Shown here: one piece after another, positions 25,713-34,776 of the stretch | How the letters are laid out: the number at the start of each line of letters is the position of its first letter | How positions within the stretch are numbered: the stretch's first letter is position 1 | Assembly: GCA_964406615.1 (NCBI GenBank) | Contig: CAYOSI010000008.1 | Coordinates: 4,031-68,030, forward strand | Origin: an uncultured Oscillospiraceae bacterium | Lineage (GTDB): Bacteria > Bacillota > Clostridia > Oscillospirales > Oscillospiraceae | Length of the DNA: 64,000 bases | Reading direction: 5' to 3' | The notes under the pieces: model-generated | What the model was told of the DNA's origin: nothing | What the model saw: only the letters and a program-made list of their open reading frames with translations | The model's database searches: none | Program-made: the position numbers and the translations under genes

Positions 25713-27992
25713 CTAAAAAATTTCGCTGTGTCTTGCTTTCATTTCAAGGCTCTGGGTCAGAAGCTGGATCTTCTCATCGGCGTTGATGACTACCGCGCCC
25801 TGCAGGACGCCCCGGGAAAACCAATAAGTTTCCTTTCGGTTCGCCACTTTGTCGTTCGTCTCCACGGTCTTGTAGGTCAGCTCCGCTTTCTTGCCCGCGT
25901 CGCCGATGGCGTACATGGTCGCGCCCACGCCCTCCACATGCATGCCGAGGACGCGGTTGGCGTAGTAAACGCCGCTGTCCCCCGTGGCATGGGCTCCGGC
26001 CACCCGACCCTGGGCATTGGCCTCCTGCACCAGCTGGTAGTTGACGCCGTCGTAGGCGCAGCAGTCGCCGCAGGCATAAATGTCCGGAACGCTCGTGCGC
26101 ATGAACATATCCACCTCGATGGCCCGGTCGGCCTTCGCGCCGGCGTCAAGGGCGAGCGTTGTATTGGCTTTCATACCGCAGGACACGATGACCATATCAG
26201 CGGGGAAAAATCGTCCATCGCCGAGCTTCACGCCGATGACGTGTCCGTCCTCATCGCCCTCGATGGCCTCTACGGAGATACCCTCATAGCAGTCGATGTT
26301 GGCTTTTTTCATAAGCTCCCGCAGATAAGCCGAGGAGCCTGCGTCCACCTGCTTCCACATGATCTGGGGCGTGGCCTCCAGGACGGTCACGGGAATGGCG
26401 GACTTCATCAGCTCTCCGGCGGCCTCCAGACCCAGCACACCGCCGCCGATGACCACGGCATGTTTGCAGGTCTTCATACGCTCTACCATATCCGCCGCGT
26501 CACAGAGGTGCCGCACGGAGATCACGCCATCCAGCTCGCGGCCCTGGAACGGGGGCATGAAGCATTCCGCGCCCATGGCCAGGATGAGCTTGTCGTATTC
26601 GTATATCTTGCCGTACGCTGTCTCCACGGTTTTGGCCTCGGGATGGAGGGCGGTCGCGGTCACGCCGAGACGAAGGTCGATGCTCCGCTTGGCATACCAT
26701 TCGGCAGGATGGATATATATGGTCTCCGGCGCGGCGACGACCTCGTCGATCACGCCCTTTGTGATCATGGGGCGGTTGATGGGCAGATGATCCTCCGAGG
26801 AGAGGATGGTAATTTCCCCGGTGGTGTCCCGCTGGCGGATGGCGTCTGCCGCGGAAACGCCCGCGGAGCAGCCGCCGATGATGAGATATTTCCAGTCCGT
26901 GTCGTTTCGGTAGGTGATCTCCTCCTCGTCCACGGGGACGCACTGGTCGAGACCCACGCCGCACACCGGGCAGGCGCCCAGGGAGGCGTCGAAGATCTCG
27001 CCGCAGACGAGGCATTTGACGAGCTTCAGCTGCCGGGGATTGGGCACGCCCAGCACGCAGCAGGCAATACCGAAGCCGTAATCGAGAGCGTTCTTGTGGT
27101 CTCTTTCCGTGGGGATGCCGGACACGAACCAGTCCGGCATATCGAGCTTCATGCCCAGCGCGGAGAGATAGGACCGCAGCATGTCCGGGACGGGATCGCC
27201 AGCGTTCTGCGTATAGAACACCGCCGCCCGCTTGCCGGAAACGTCCTTCCGGCGCAGGGAGGTGACGATATCCCATACCGCCTTCGATACATTGCCGTCC
27301 GCTCCCTCCGAGCCGAAGAGATAGGCGTTCGCCTTCGGCAATGCCGCCAGCACGTCGTCCCGGCTCAGGATAGAGAGATCCAGATCCAGCACCTTCGGCG
27401 CGCCGTCCTCATAGCTTGCTATACCGCTTTCCACAGACTTCGCTAGGTAGCCGAGGATGCTGCCGCCGGTGTGGACGACCGCCACGGTGGGCCGGTTTTC
27501 TTTTTCCTGCGTCTCTTTCGGAGCGGGAGGGAGCGCGTCTGCGCCAAAGGACAGCTGCGCCTCACGATCCGTCACGGTCAGGAATGGCGTTCCGAAGCGG
27601 TCCGCCGACATATGAAGGTCGAATGTTCTACTGCCCAGCTTCAGCGTCCGGTCCGCCCGGATCTCGATGGTGTGCGCGGGATGGATGCCAAGAGAGGCCA
27701 GCGTAAACAGTACGGTATGCCCGGCGATGACGCATACCTCCGGGGTGTGCTGCATGACCGCTTGGACAAAGGTCACATCGTCCCTTGTCCCGTGGCAGAT
27801 CATATATAGAAGAGACAGTTTCTCGGTGAAGGGGGCGAGCGCCTTTAAAAGCTCGGGCGTGTACCGCTCCGGCACGGAGCCGATGAGGGCGAAGCCCCCG
27901 CCGAGATCCGCAAGGGCTGCGTGGCAGGCGTGGGCCCTGCCCTCCTCCGTACGGATGGTCCAATATCCAGTTTCCTCTTTGCGTACGATCAT
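25713..27992 (-). CDS. multidomain redox protein: MBL/flavodoxin-like (flavodiiron-like, apparently degenerate) + rubredoxin-type Cys4 knuckle + NAD(P)H:FAD pyridine-nucleotide-disulfide-type reductase
   Basis: Contains KCLVCGEIFD..CPVCG, then KYLIIGGCSAGVSAADAIR, VVIGGGVLGLEAAGEL and IYACGDCC. The start is uncertain: ATG at 27992 versus GTG at 28007, both with weak RBS. Confidence 0.75.
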   Translation of the reverse strand: MIVRKEETGYWTIRTEEGRAHACHAALADLGGGFALIGSVPERYTPELLKALAPFTEKLSLLYMICHGTRDDVTFVQAVMQHTPEVCVIAGHTVLFTLASLGIHPAHTIEIRADRTLKLGSRTFDLHMSADRFGTPFLTVTDREAQLSFGADALPPAPKETQEKENRPTVAVVHTGGSILGYLAKSVESGIASYEDGAPKVLDLDLSILSRDDVLAALPKANAYLFGSEGADGNVSKAVWDIVTSLRRKDVSGKRAAVFYTQNAGDPVPDMLRSYLSALGMKLDMPDWFVSGIPTERDHKNALDYGFGIACCVLGVPNPRQLKLVKCLVCGEIFDASLGACPVCGVGLDQCVPVDEEEITYRNDTDWKYLIIGGCSAGVSAADAIRQRDTTGEITILSSEDHLPINRPMITKGVIDEVVAAPETIYIHPAEWYAKRSIDLRLGVTATALHPEAKTVETAYGKIYEYDKLILAMGAECFMPPFQGRELDGVISVRHLCDAADMVERMKTCKHAVVIGGGVLGLEAAGELMKSAIPVTVLEATPQIMWKQVDAGSSAYLRELMKKANIDCYEGISVEAIEGDEDGHVIGVKLGDGRFFPADMVIVSCGMKANTTLALDAGAKADRAIEVDMFMRTSVPDIYACGDCCAYDGVNYQLVQEANAQGRVAGAHATGDSGVYYANRVLGMHVEGVGATMYAIGDAGKKAELTYKTVETNDKVANRKETYWFSRGVLQGAVVINADEKIQLLTQSLEMKARHSEIF

Positions 27993-28141
27993 ATTGACAA
28001 CCTGCACTCGTTTCAGTGTGAATTAGTTCGGCAACCGAAGTAATTATATCAGGCTGCGGTGAAATCTGTCAAGTACCTAACGAAAAAAGTGAGAAGAAAA
28101 AATCTTCCCACTTTCCTGTTCGGTGATATGCTATGATTCGG

Positions 28142-28582
28142 TTATTCGGCGCTCTCACGCTCGCGCCAGTCGGCGCTGAGCTTGGTCAGAAGCTGACGCA
28201 GGATCTCCTGTTCCTCCGGGGTGAGGGAGGAGAACAGATCCTTGTCGGTTTCCTCTGCCAAAAGGTCGTTGAACATCTTTTCCCCCTCGGGAGTGAATCG
28301 TATAATACGGGCGCGGCGGTCCTTTTCAGAGGGGGTGCGGGTGATGTAGCCCTGGCCCTCCAGCTTGGTGATGTGCTCGCTCATGGCGGGGGACTTGATC
28401 CCCAGGGCCTCCTGGATCTCCAGCTGGGTGGATGGGCCGTGGTTGTGGAGAAAGCGCAGCACGCGGATCTGCCCGTCCAGCCCGCCGCGGACGCGCCGGA
28501 ACTGGTGCCAGCAAAGCTCAAAGCGCATGATAAGGCTGCCGGTCTGCTCGCTTGGAATGTGTTTTTCCCTGCTGTTTGCCAT
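28142..28582 (-). CDS. MarR-family transcriptional regulator
   Basis: Winged-HTH pattern LRFLHNHGPSTQLEIQEALGIKSPAMSEHITKLEGQGYITR..DRRA. ATG at 28582 follows GGGAGGAAG. Confidence 0.85.
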   Translation of the reverse strand: MANSREKHIPSEQTGSLIMRFELCWHQFRRVRGGLDGQIRVLRFLHNHGPSTQLEIQEALGIKSPAMSEHITKLEGQGYITRTPSEKDRRARIIRFTPEGEKMFNDLLAEETDKDLFSSLTPEEQEILRQLLTKLSADWRERESAE

Positions 28583-28670
28583 GTCGCTTCCTCCCGGGGC
28601 TGGATACGCCAAACAGTATGCCTCAGATTCGGGATTTCGTCAAGCGTCTTCGGCAGCCAAAGAATTTTTA

Positions 28671-28720
28671 TTTGGTACCTTGACAAATGTGCAATGACGT
28701 GATAACATCAAGGTACCAAA
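28671..28720. promoter_or_regulatory. 13-bp perfect inverted repeat bracketing a sigma-70-like promoter (candidate MarR operator)
   Basis: TTTGGTACCTTGA (28671-83) and TCAAGGTACCAAA (28708-20). Between them lie TTGACA (28680-85), a 17-nt spacer and TAACAT (28703-08). Confidence 0.55.
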
Positions 28721-28753
28721 CAAAAATGAACGACGAAAGGACTCGATATAATA

Positions 28754-29557
28754 ATGGAAGAAAACAAGAATGTATGCCCCTGCTGCAGCAGGCATTGCGA
28801 TCTGAGCGCCCCCAGCTGCGAGCGGGGCGAGGAATACAAGCGCACCGGCGTCATCCCGGAGAGAAAGGGCCATGGAGAACATGGGGAGCATGGCCATCAC
28901 GAACACGGAGAGCATGGACGCCGTGAGCACGGCGACTACGGTCCTCGCGGTCCCCATGGCGAGTGCGGTGAGCACGGACCTCATCACGGTCCCCACGGCG
29001 AGCCCGCCCCTCACGGCGGCCCCGGTCGCCATAAAGAGTGGGGGAGCATCCTGGACAGCGAGCGCTATGCCTCCATGGATGTGGACGGAAAGCTGATGGT
29101 CAATATCCACGAGCTGCGGCACATGGGCCGGTTCGGCTTCGACGGCAAGGGGGGCCAGAACGGCATCCTGCGGATGCTGTCCGAGGATGGCGCCATGACC
29201 CAGCGTGCGCTCACGGAACGGTTGGGCATCCAGCCCGGCTCTGCCAGCGAGGTGCTGGGGAAGCTCGAAAAGGCCGGCTTCATCACCCGCACCCAAAGCG
29301 AGGCCGATCGCCGCACCACGGACGTGGCCCTCACGGACGAAGGCCGCGCCCAGGCGGCGGAGGCCGCCTCCCGGCGGGACGCGCGGGTGCATGAGATGTT
29401 CTCCGTTCTGTCCGAGGAGGAAAAAGCGGCGTTCCTCGCCACGATGGAGAAGCTGAACCGGGCCTGGTCGGAAAAGGGCAGGGAGTACCGCCGGGAAGGA
29501 CACCACGGCCCCCGCGGGGAGCACCGCGGTCCTCACGGTGAGCATAAGCACGAGTGA
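28754..29557 (+). CDS. MarR-family regulator with Cys-rich and His-rich N-terminal extension and His-rich tail
   Basis: CPCCSRHCDLSAPSC is followed by HGEHGEHGHHEHGEHG..HGECGEHGPHHGPHGE. The MarR core reads GILRMLSEDGAMTQRALTERLGIQPGSASEVLGKLEKAGFITR..DRR, and the tail is GHHGPRGEHRGPHGEHKHE. Confidence 0.8.
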   Translation: MEENKNVCPCCSRHCDLSAPSCERGEEYKRTGVIPERKGHGEHGEHGHHEHGEHGRREHGDYGPRGPHGECGEHGPHHGPHGEPAPHGGPGRHKEWGSILDSERYASMDVDGKLMVNIHELRHMGRFGFDGKGGQNGILRMLSEDGAMTQRALTERLGIQPGSASEVLGKLEKAGFITRTQSEADRRTTDVALTDEGRAQAAEAASRRDARVHEMFSVLSEEEKAAFLATMEKLNRAWSEKGREYRREGHHGPRGEHRGPHGEHKHE

Positions 29558-29616
29558 TAACAAAACGCGCCTGGACAGGAAACTGTCCGGGCGCTTGGCG
29601 CTGAAAGAGAGCTGAT

Positions 29617-31356
29617 ATGTGGAAGTACATTAAACCTTATATCCACTTCATGATCCTGGCAGGCCTCTCCATGGTGTGCGAGGTGAGCGTGGATCTTATG
29701 CAGCCCAGCATCATGACCCGCATCGTGGACGACGGCGTTTTGGGTGTCTCCAACGGCGGCGTGAGCGATATGCACGTCATCCTGACGATGGGATTGACCA
29801 TGCTGGGGCTGGTGGCTCTGGGCGGCCTCGGCGGCGCGCTGTGCAGCGTGTTCGCGAACATCGCCTGCGAGAACGCGGGAAACGGGATGCGGAAGGACTG
29901 TTTTTCCCGCATCATGGATTTCTCCTTCCCGCAGGTGGATCGCTTTGGCACCGGTACGCTGATCACCCGCATCACAAATGACATCACCCAGGTGCAGCAG
30001 ATGATCATGACCTCTGTCCGGGGCATGATACGCACGACGTTCATGTTCCTGGGCAGTATCTATTTCATGTTCCGGCTGTACCCCCGGTTCGGACTCATCG
30101 TGCTGTGTGCGCTTCCGTTCATCGTGGGCGTCATGCTCCTGTGCCTTACGCGAGCAAATCCGTTTTTCACAAGGATGCAGGAGCAGCTCGACGGCGTTAA
30201 CGCAATTCTGCAGGAGGACATTTCCGGCATCCGCATCATCAAAGCCTGTGTCCGGGAGCTTCATGAAAAGCTGCGCTTCGGGAAGGCAAACGACGAGCTC
30301 ATCGGCACTCAGCTCCATGTGCTCGTCATCTTTGCTCTCATGAGTCCGGTGATGAACATGCTCATGTACCTGGCGGTCATTGCGATCCTTGCAGCGGGAC
30401 ATGCGCAGGCAGCGTCCGGCGGAGCCACGCCCGGCGCGGTCATGGGGGCCATCGCCTACACGACCCAGCTTCTAAACAGTATCATGGGTCTCGTGATGCT
30501 GTTCCAGAACATCTCCCGGGGCGGCGCGTCCTGGAAGCGGGTCCGTCAGATCCTGCGCACCGAGCCGGAACTGCAGGACGGAGACTTTGACGGGGATACG
30601 GACGTCCGGGGCCAGATCGAGTTCCGGGATGTGTCCTTCACCTATCCCGGCACGGAAACCCCCGTGCTGAAAAACATCGACCTGGCGATCCGGCCCGGCG
30701 AGACGCTGGCGATCATGGGAGCTACCGGCTGCGGCAAATCCACGCTGGTGAATCTTATCCCCCGGTTCTACGACGTGACCGGCGGCGCGGTCCTGGTGGA
30801 CGGCGTGGACGTGCGGGAGTATAAGCAGCGGGCACTGAGGGAGAGGATCTCCATCGCGCTGCAGAAGGCCGAGCTGTTCAGCACTTCCGTGGAGGAAAAC
30901 ATCCGCTGGGGCGATATGGGCGCCGAAGCGGACGCGGTGAAGAAGGCCGCAGAGACCGCTCGGGCAGACGGCTTCATCGCCGCCATGCCCGAGGGGTATG
31001 ATGCCGTGGTGGCGGAGCGGGGCATGAGCCTTTCCGGTGGGCAGCGCCAGCGGGTGTCCATTGCCCGGGCGGTACTGAAAAACGCGGAGATCCTCATTTT
31101 CGACGACGCCACCTCCGCGCTCGACCTTAGGACCGAGGCGGCACTGTACGAGGCGCTGGAGCGGGATCACGCAGACTGCACCAAGATCATCGTGGCGCAG
31201 CGGATCGCCTCGGTGCGCCGGGCGGACCGCATTGCCGTTATGGAAAACGGAACGATCTCGGCCTGCGGCTCTCATGACGAGCTGATGGCCCAAAGCCCGA
31301 TCTATCGGGATATTTACTATTCGCAGATGGGAAGCGAGGTGGCGGACGTTGGCTGA
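29617..31356 (+). CDS. ABC transporter, fused permease/ATPase (exporter half 1)
   Basis: Six-TM domain, Walker A GATGCGKST, LSGGQRQR, and Walker B ILIFDDATSALD. Confidence 0.9.
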   Translation: MWKYIKPYIHFMILAGLSMVCEVSVDLMQPSIMTRIVDDGVLGVSNGGVSDMHVILTMGLTMLGLVALGGLGGALCSVFANIACENAGNGMRKDCFSRIMDFSFPQVDRFGTGTLITRITNDITQVQQMIMTSVRGMIRTTFMFLGSIYFMFRLYPRFGLIVLCALPFIVGVMLLCLTRANPFFTRMQEQLDGVNAILQEDISGIRIIKACVRELHEKLRFGKANDELIGTQLHVLVIFALMSPVMNMLMYLAVIAILAAGHAQAASGGATPGAVMGAIAYTTQLLNSIMGLVMLFQNISRGGASWKRVRQILRTEPELQDGDFDGDTDVRGQIEFRDVSFTYPGTETPVLKNIDLAIRPGETLAIMGATGCGKSTLVNLIPRFYDVTGGAVLVDGVDVREYKQRALRERISIALQKAELFSTSVEENIRWGDMGAEADAVKKAAETARADGFIAAMPEGYDAVVAERGMSLSGGQRQRVSIARAVLKNAEILIFDDATSALDLRTEAALYEALERDHADCTKIIVAQRIASVRRADRIAVMENGTISACGSHDELMAQSPIYRDIYYSQMGSEVADVG

Positions 31357-33175
31357 AAAAAGAACGAATCAGACCGCGTTCCAGCAGTTCGGACCCCGCC
31401 GCGGCGGAGGGCCCGGCGGACCCTTTGCAAGCGCCGAGCAGGCGAAGGATGTAAAGGGCACGCTCCGGCGCATCCTGTCCTACTTTGCCCAAGAGCGCCG
31501 CCTAATCGCCGCCATGTTTGGCGTAGTGCTGCTGGGCAGCGCCTGCGGCATCTGGGCCCCCAGCCTACAGAGCTCGGCGGTGGACATGATCGCCGGGACC
31601 CGGGAAGGGCGGTTTGCTTTCACCCTGGGGATGATGCTGGGTGCCTATCTGCTGTTCAGCGGCAGCCAGTTTCTGCAGGACTATATCAGCGCCCATCTAA
31701 GTCAGCGCATCGTGCGCAGGCTCAGGGGGGAGCTTTTCGCGAAGATCTTGGATATACCCGTGAAGTATCTCGACGACCACGCCCATGGCGACGTGATGAG
31801 CCGTATGACGAACGATGTGGAGAACATTTCCACCACCGTGTCTCAGGCGCTGCCGTCCCTGTTTTCCGGGGTGCTCATGGTAATAGGTACCGTGGCGGTG
31901 ATGCTGTGGTACTGCTGGCAGCTCACGCTTCTGAGCCTGGCCACCGTGGCCCTGACACTGATTGCTACGAAGCTCATGGCCGGGAAAATGCGTCAGTTTT
32001 CCCGGGAGCGTCAGAAGCTCCTCGGAATGCTCAACAGCAATGTGGAGGAGATGGTTTCCGGGTATCACACCGTGGTGGCGTACAACCACCAAAGCGCCTC
32101 GGAAACGGAATTTCGGGAGACCTCGGACGGTCTCACCAAGGCGGGCATCCGCGTGGGGAGCTTGGGCGGCATTTTCGGACCCATTATGAACTGCGTATCG
32201 AACCTGAGCTTCGTGGTGATCGCAGCCTTCGGCGGGTACTTCGCCATCCGCGGCATCATCTCCGTAGGTGTGATCTCCGCGTTCATCATCTACGCAAAGC
32301 AGTTCAGCCGCCCGCTGAATCAGATCGCCCAGATCTACAGCCAGATCCAATCGGCCGTGGCAGGCGCGGAGCGCGTTTTCGCCGTGATGGACGAGGCGGA
32401 CGAGGACATGACCGGAGAAGAGCTCTCCGCGGAAGAGTCAGCGACTGTCCACTTCGACCATGTGGATTTCGGTTACCGGGAGGACACACCGGTGCTGAAG
32501 GATTTTACCGTGACTGTTCCCACCGGAAAGAAAGTTGCGCTCGTCGGCGCGACGGGCAGCGGCAAGACCACGGTGGTGAACCTTCTCATGCGTTATTACG
32601 ACATCGGCGGCGGGCGCATCTATGTGAACGATCAGGATCTGGGGCGTGTCTCCCGGTCTGATCTTCGGAAAAAACTCGCCATCGTACTACAGGACACTGT
32701 GCTGTTCACCGACACCGTGCGCAGCAACCTGACCTTCGGGAACCCGGACGCCACGGATGAGGATATCTGGCGTGCGCTGGATATGTCCTGTTGCCGGGGA
32801 CTTGTGGAGTCGCTGCCCGAGGGGCTCGATACCGTGCTCACCGGCGCTGGAGCCAATCTCAGCCAGGGCCAGCGGCAGCTGCTTGCCATCGCCCGGGCGT
32901 TCGTGGCCGACCCCAAAATACTCATTTTGGATGAGGCAACGTCCAGCGTGGACACCCGCACGGAGAAGGCCATCCAGGACGCCATGCAGCGCATCATGCG
33001 GGACCGGACCAGCATCGTCATCGCCCACCGGCTTTCCACCATCCGGGATTCGGATGTCATCGTGGTGGTGGACGCGGGACGCATCGCGGAGCAGGGCAGC
33101 CATGACGAGCTTTTGGCCCGGGAGGGCAAATACTACGATCTCTATATGACCCAGTTTGCGGGGATCGCAACATAA
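31349..33175 (+). CDS. ABC transporter, fused permease/ATPase (exporter half 2)
   Basis: GATGSGKTT, LSQGQRQL and ILILDEATSSVD. Overlaps the upstream gene by 8 nt. Confidence 0.9.
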   Translation: MAEKRTNQTAFQQFGPRRGGGPGGPFASAEQAKDVKGTLRRILSYFAQERRLIAAMFGVVLLGSACGIWAPSLQSSAVDMIAGTREGRFAFTLGMMLGAYLLFSGSQFLQDYISAHLSQRIVRRLRGELFAKILDIPVKYLDDHAHGDVMSRMTNDVENISTTVSQALPSLFSGVLMVIGTVAVMLWYCWQLTLLSLATVALTLIATKLMAGKMRQFSRERQKLLGMLNSNVEEMVSGYHTVVAYNHQSASETEFRETSDGLTKAGIRVGSLGGIFGPIMNCVSNLSFVVIAAFGGYFAIRGIISVGVISAFIIYAKQFSRPLNQIAQIYSQIQSAVAGAERVFAVMDEADEDMTGEELSAEESATVHFDHVDFGYREDTPVLKDFTVTVPTGKKVALVGATGSGKTTVVNLLMRYYDIGGGRIYVNDQDLGRVSRSDLRKKLAIVLQDTVLFTDTVRSNLTFGNPDATDEDIWRALDMSCCRGLVESLPEGLDTVLTGAGANLSQGQRQLLAIARAFVADPKILILDEATSSVDTRTEKAIQDAMQRIMRDRTSIVIAHRLSTIRDSDVIVVVDAGRIAEQGSHDELLAREGKYYDLYMTQFAGIAT

Positions 33176-33204
33176 AATAAGATATTTAGAAGTATAAAAA
33201 ATCT

Positions 33205-33232
33205 GGCGCTTCCCATCCTGGGGGGAAGCGCC
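33205..33232. terminator. bidirectional terminator between the ABC and MATE genes
   Basis: GGCGCTTCCC / GGGAAGCGCC stem, flanked by an A run and a T run. Confidence 0.6.
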
Positions 33233-33248
33233 GAGTTTTATGATCCGT

Positions 33249-34592
33249 TCAGATAACGCCACTATGTTTCATAACGCTCCGGGAAGCAAGCACGGCGTAG
33301 ACCGCCGCCGCGATTTCGGAGAACCACAGGGACCACCACGCTGCGCCAACGCCCCATGTACGGGCAAAGAGCCATGCCAGCGGCACGAACAGGATAAGCT
33401 GCCGGATGGCTGTGCCCAGCATGTTCACGACTCCGTTTCCGAGACCCGACATGGCGTAGCCCAGGATCATGGTTACGGAGGCAAAAATAAACGTGGGCGC
33501 GATGATCCGCAGAGCGGGAACACCCAGCGCCAGCATCTCCGGGCTGGGGGAGAACAGCCCAAGCAGTTGCCGGGGGATGGCGAGAAACAGGATTGTGGCG
33601 AACACTGCAATGCCGCACGCTATGGGCAGTATGGTGCGGATCGCCTCCTTGATGCGGGCACTGTTCCCCGCCCCATAGCTGTACCCCACGATGGGGATAG
33701 CTGCCTGGCCGAGACCGTTCATGGGCATGAATAGAAAGTTCTGGAGCTTATAATAGACTCCGAAGAAGGCGACGGCGGCGGTGGAGTAGTTCAGAAGCAC
33801 TGCGTTCATGGCGAAGTTCATGACGCTTGTCATGGCCTGGGTCAGGATGGTGGGAAGGCCGACCTTGTAGATCGTGCCGACGGTTTTCGCTCTCAGGCGG
33901 AAGCCCTTCCAGAGCATCTGCACCTCGGGATTCTTATAGCGGTTTAAGAGCAACGCCGTCGCCGCGCCCAGCCACTGACCGATAACGGTGGCGATGGCCG
34001 CGCCGGTGACGCCGAGAGCGGGAAAGCCCAGAAGACCGAAGATCATAATGGGATCAAGGATGATATTTGTGACCGCGCCGACGATGAGGGAGACCATGCT
34101 CAGGTCCGTCTTGCCCGAGGCCTGCAGGAAGCGCTGGGCCATCGTCTCCACGAAGGTGCCGGTACAGAAGATCATGCAGATGCGAAGATACGCCTCGCAC
34201 ATCCCGGCGTTTTCTCCGCCTTTGGCCAGCGCCCACGCGATGGGATGGACAAAAAACAGTCCCGCCAGGACGAATACGGCGGAACTTATGAGCGCCAGCA
34301 CAAAGCCCGTCGTTGCGGCATAGCCTACATCCTCGGTCTTTTTCTGTCCTAGCAACCGTGAAAGCAGGGCGTTGATACCGACGCTCGTGCCGACGGCGAG
34401 GGCGATCATGAGCATCTGCACCGGGAAGGAAAGCGATGTTGCGGCGAGGGCGTTTTCGCTCAGCCTGGCCACGAAAATGCTGTCCACGATGTTATACAGT
34501 GACTGGACGAGCAGAGAGACCATCAACGGCAGGGACATGCCCAGCACCAGCTTCGTCATCGGCGTGTTCGCCATTTTATTAGTTCGTTCCAT
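33249..34592 (-). CDS. MATE-family efflux transporter
   Basis: 12-TM protein. The N-terminus PMTKLVLGMSLPLMVSLLVQSLYNIVDSIFVARL is typical of MATE. ATG at 34592 follows GGAGG. Confidence 0.88.
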   Translation of the reverse strand: MERTNKMANTPMTKLVLGMSLPLMVSLLVQSLYNIVDSIFVARLSENALAATSLSFPVQMLMIALAVGTSVGINALLSRLLGQKKTEDVGYAATTGFVLALISSAVFVLAGLFFVHPIAWALAKGGENAGMCEAYLRICMIFCTGTFVETMAQRFLQASGKTDLSMVSLIVGAVTNIILDPIMIFGLLGFPALGVTGAAIATVIGQWLGAATALLLNRYKNPEVQMLWKGFRLRAKTVGTIYKVGLPTILTQAMTSVMNFAMNAVLLNYSTAAVAFFGVYYKLQNFLFMPMNGLGQAAIPIVGYSYGAGNSARIKEAIRTILPIACGIAVFATILFLAIPRQLLGLFSPSPEMLALGVPALRIIAPTFIFASVTMILGYAMSGLGNGVVNMLGTAIRQLILFVPLAWLFARTWGVGAAWWSLWFSEIAAAVYAVLASRSVMKHSGVI

Positions 34593-34776
34593 AATGCCTC
34601 CACAAACAAAAATGTGCAAACCGAGATCGGTTTGCACATTTAATATGGTCGCGTCCTAAAATTATTTTAGCAGAATTTTTGGGAATTGTCAAAGTGTGAT
34701 AATGAAAGTCACAGATCCAAATCATATAGAAATACCCGGTGTTGTTTGATCGCAAGCGATACTGGGCGCTTATTTG

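Noticed and set aside
25545-27446. 633-aa plus-strand ORF
   Set aside because: It runs antisense to the multidomain reductase and the flavoprotein, with no motifs and biased composition.
28862-29030. His-codon-rich stretch as a histidine-operon-type leader peptide or attenuator
   Set aside because: It is internal to a long ORF that continues into a MarR domain. There is no adjacent his biosynthesis gene and no terminator/antiterminator pair.
28640-29563. 307-aa minus-strand ORF opposite the His-rich MarR gene
   Set aside because: The plus-strand frame contains a full MarR winged-HTH core and sits behind a good promoter. The minus frame has no recognisable domain.
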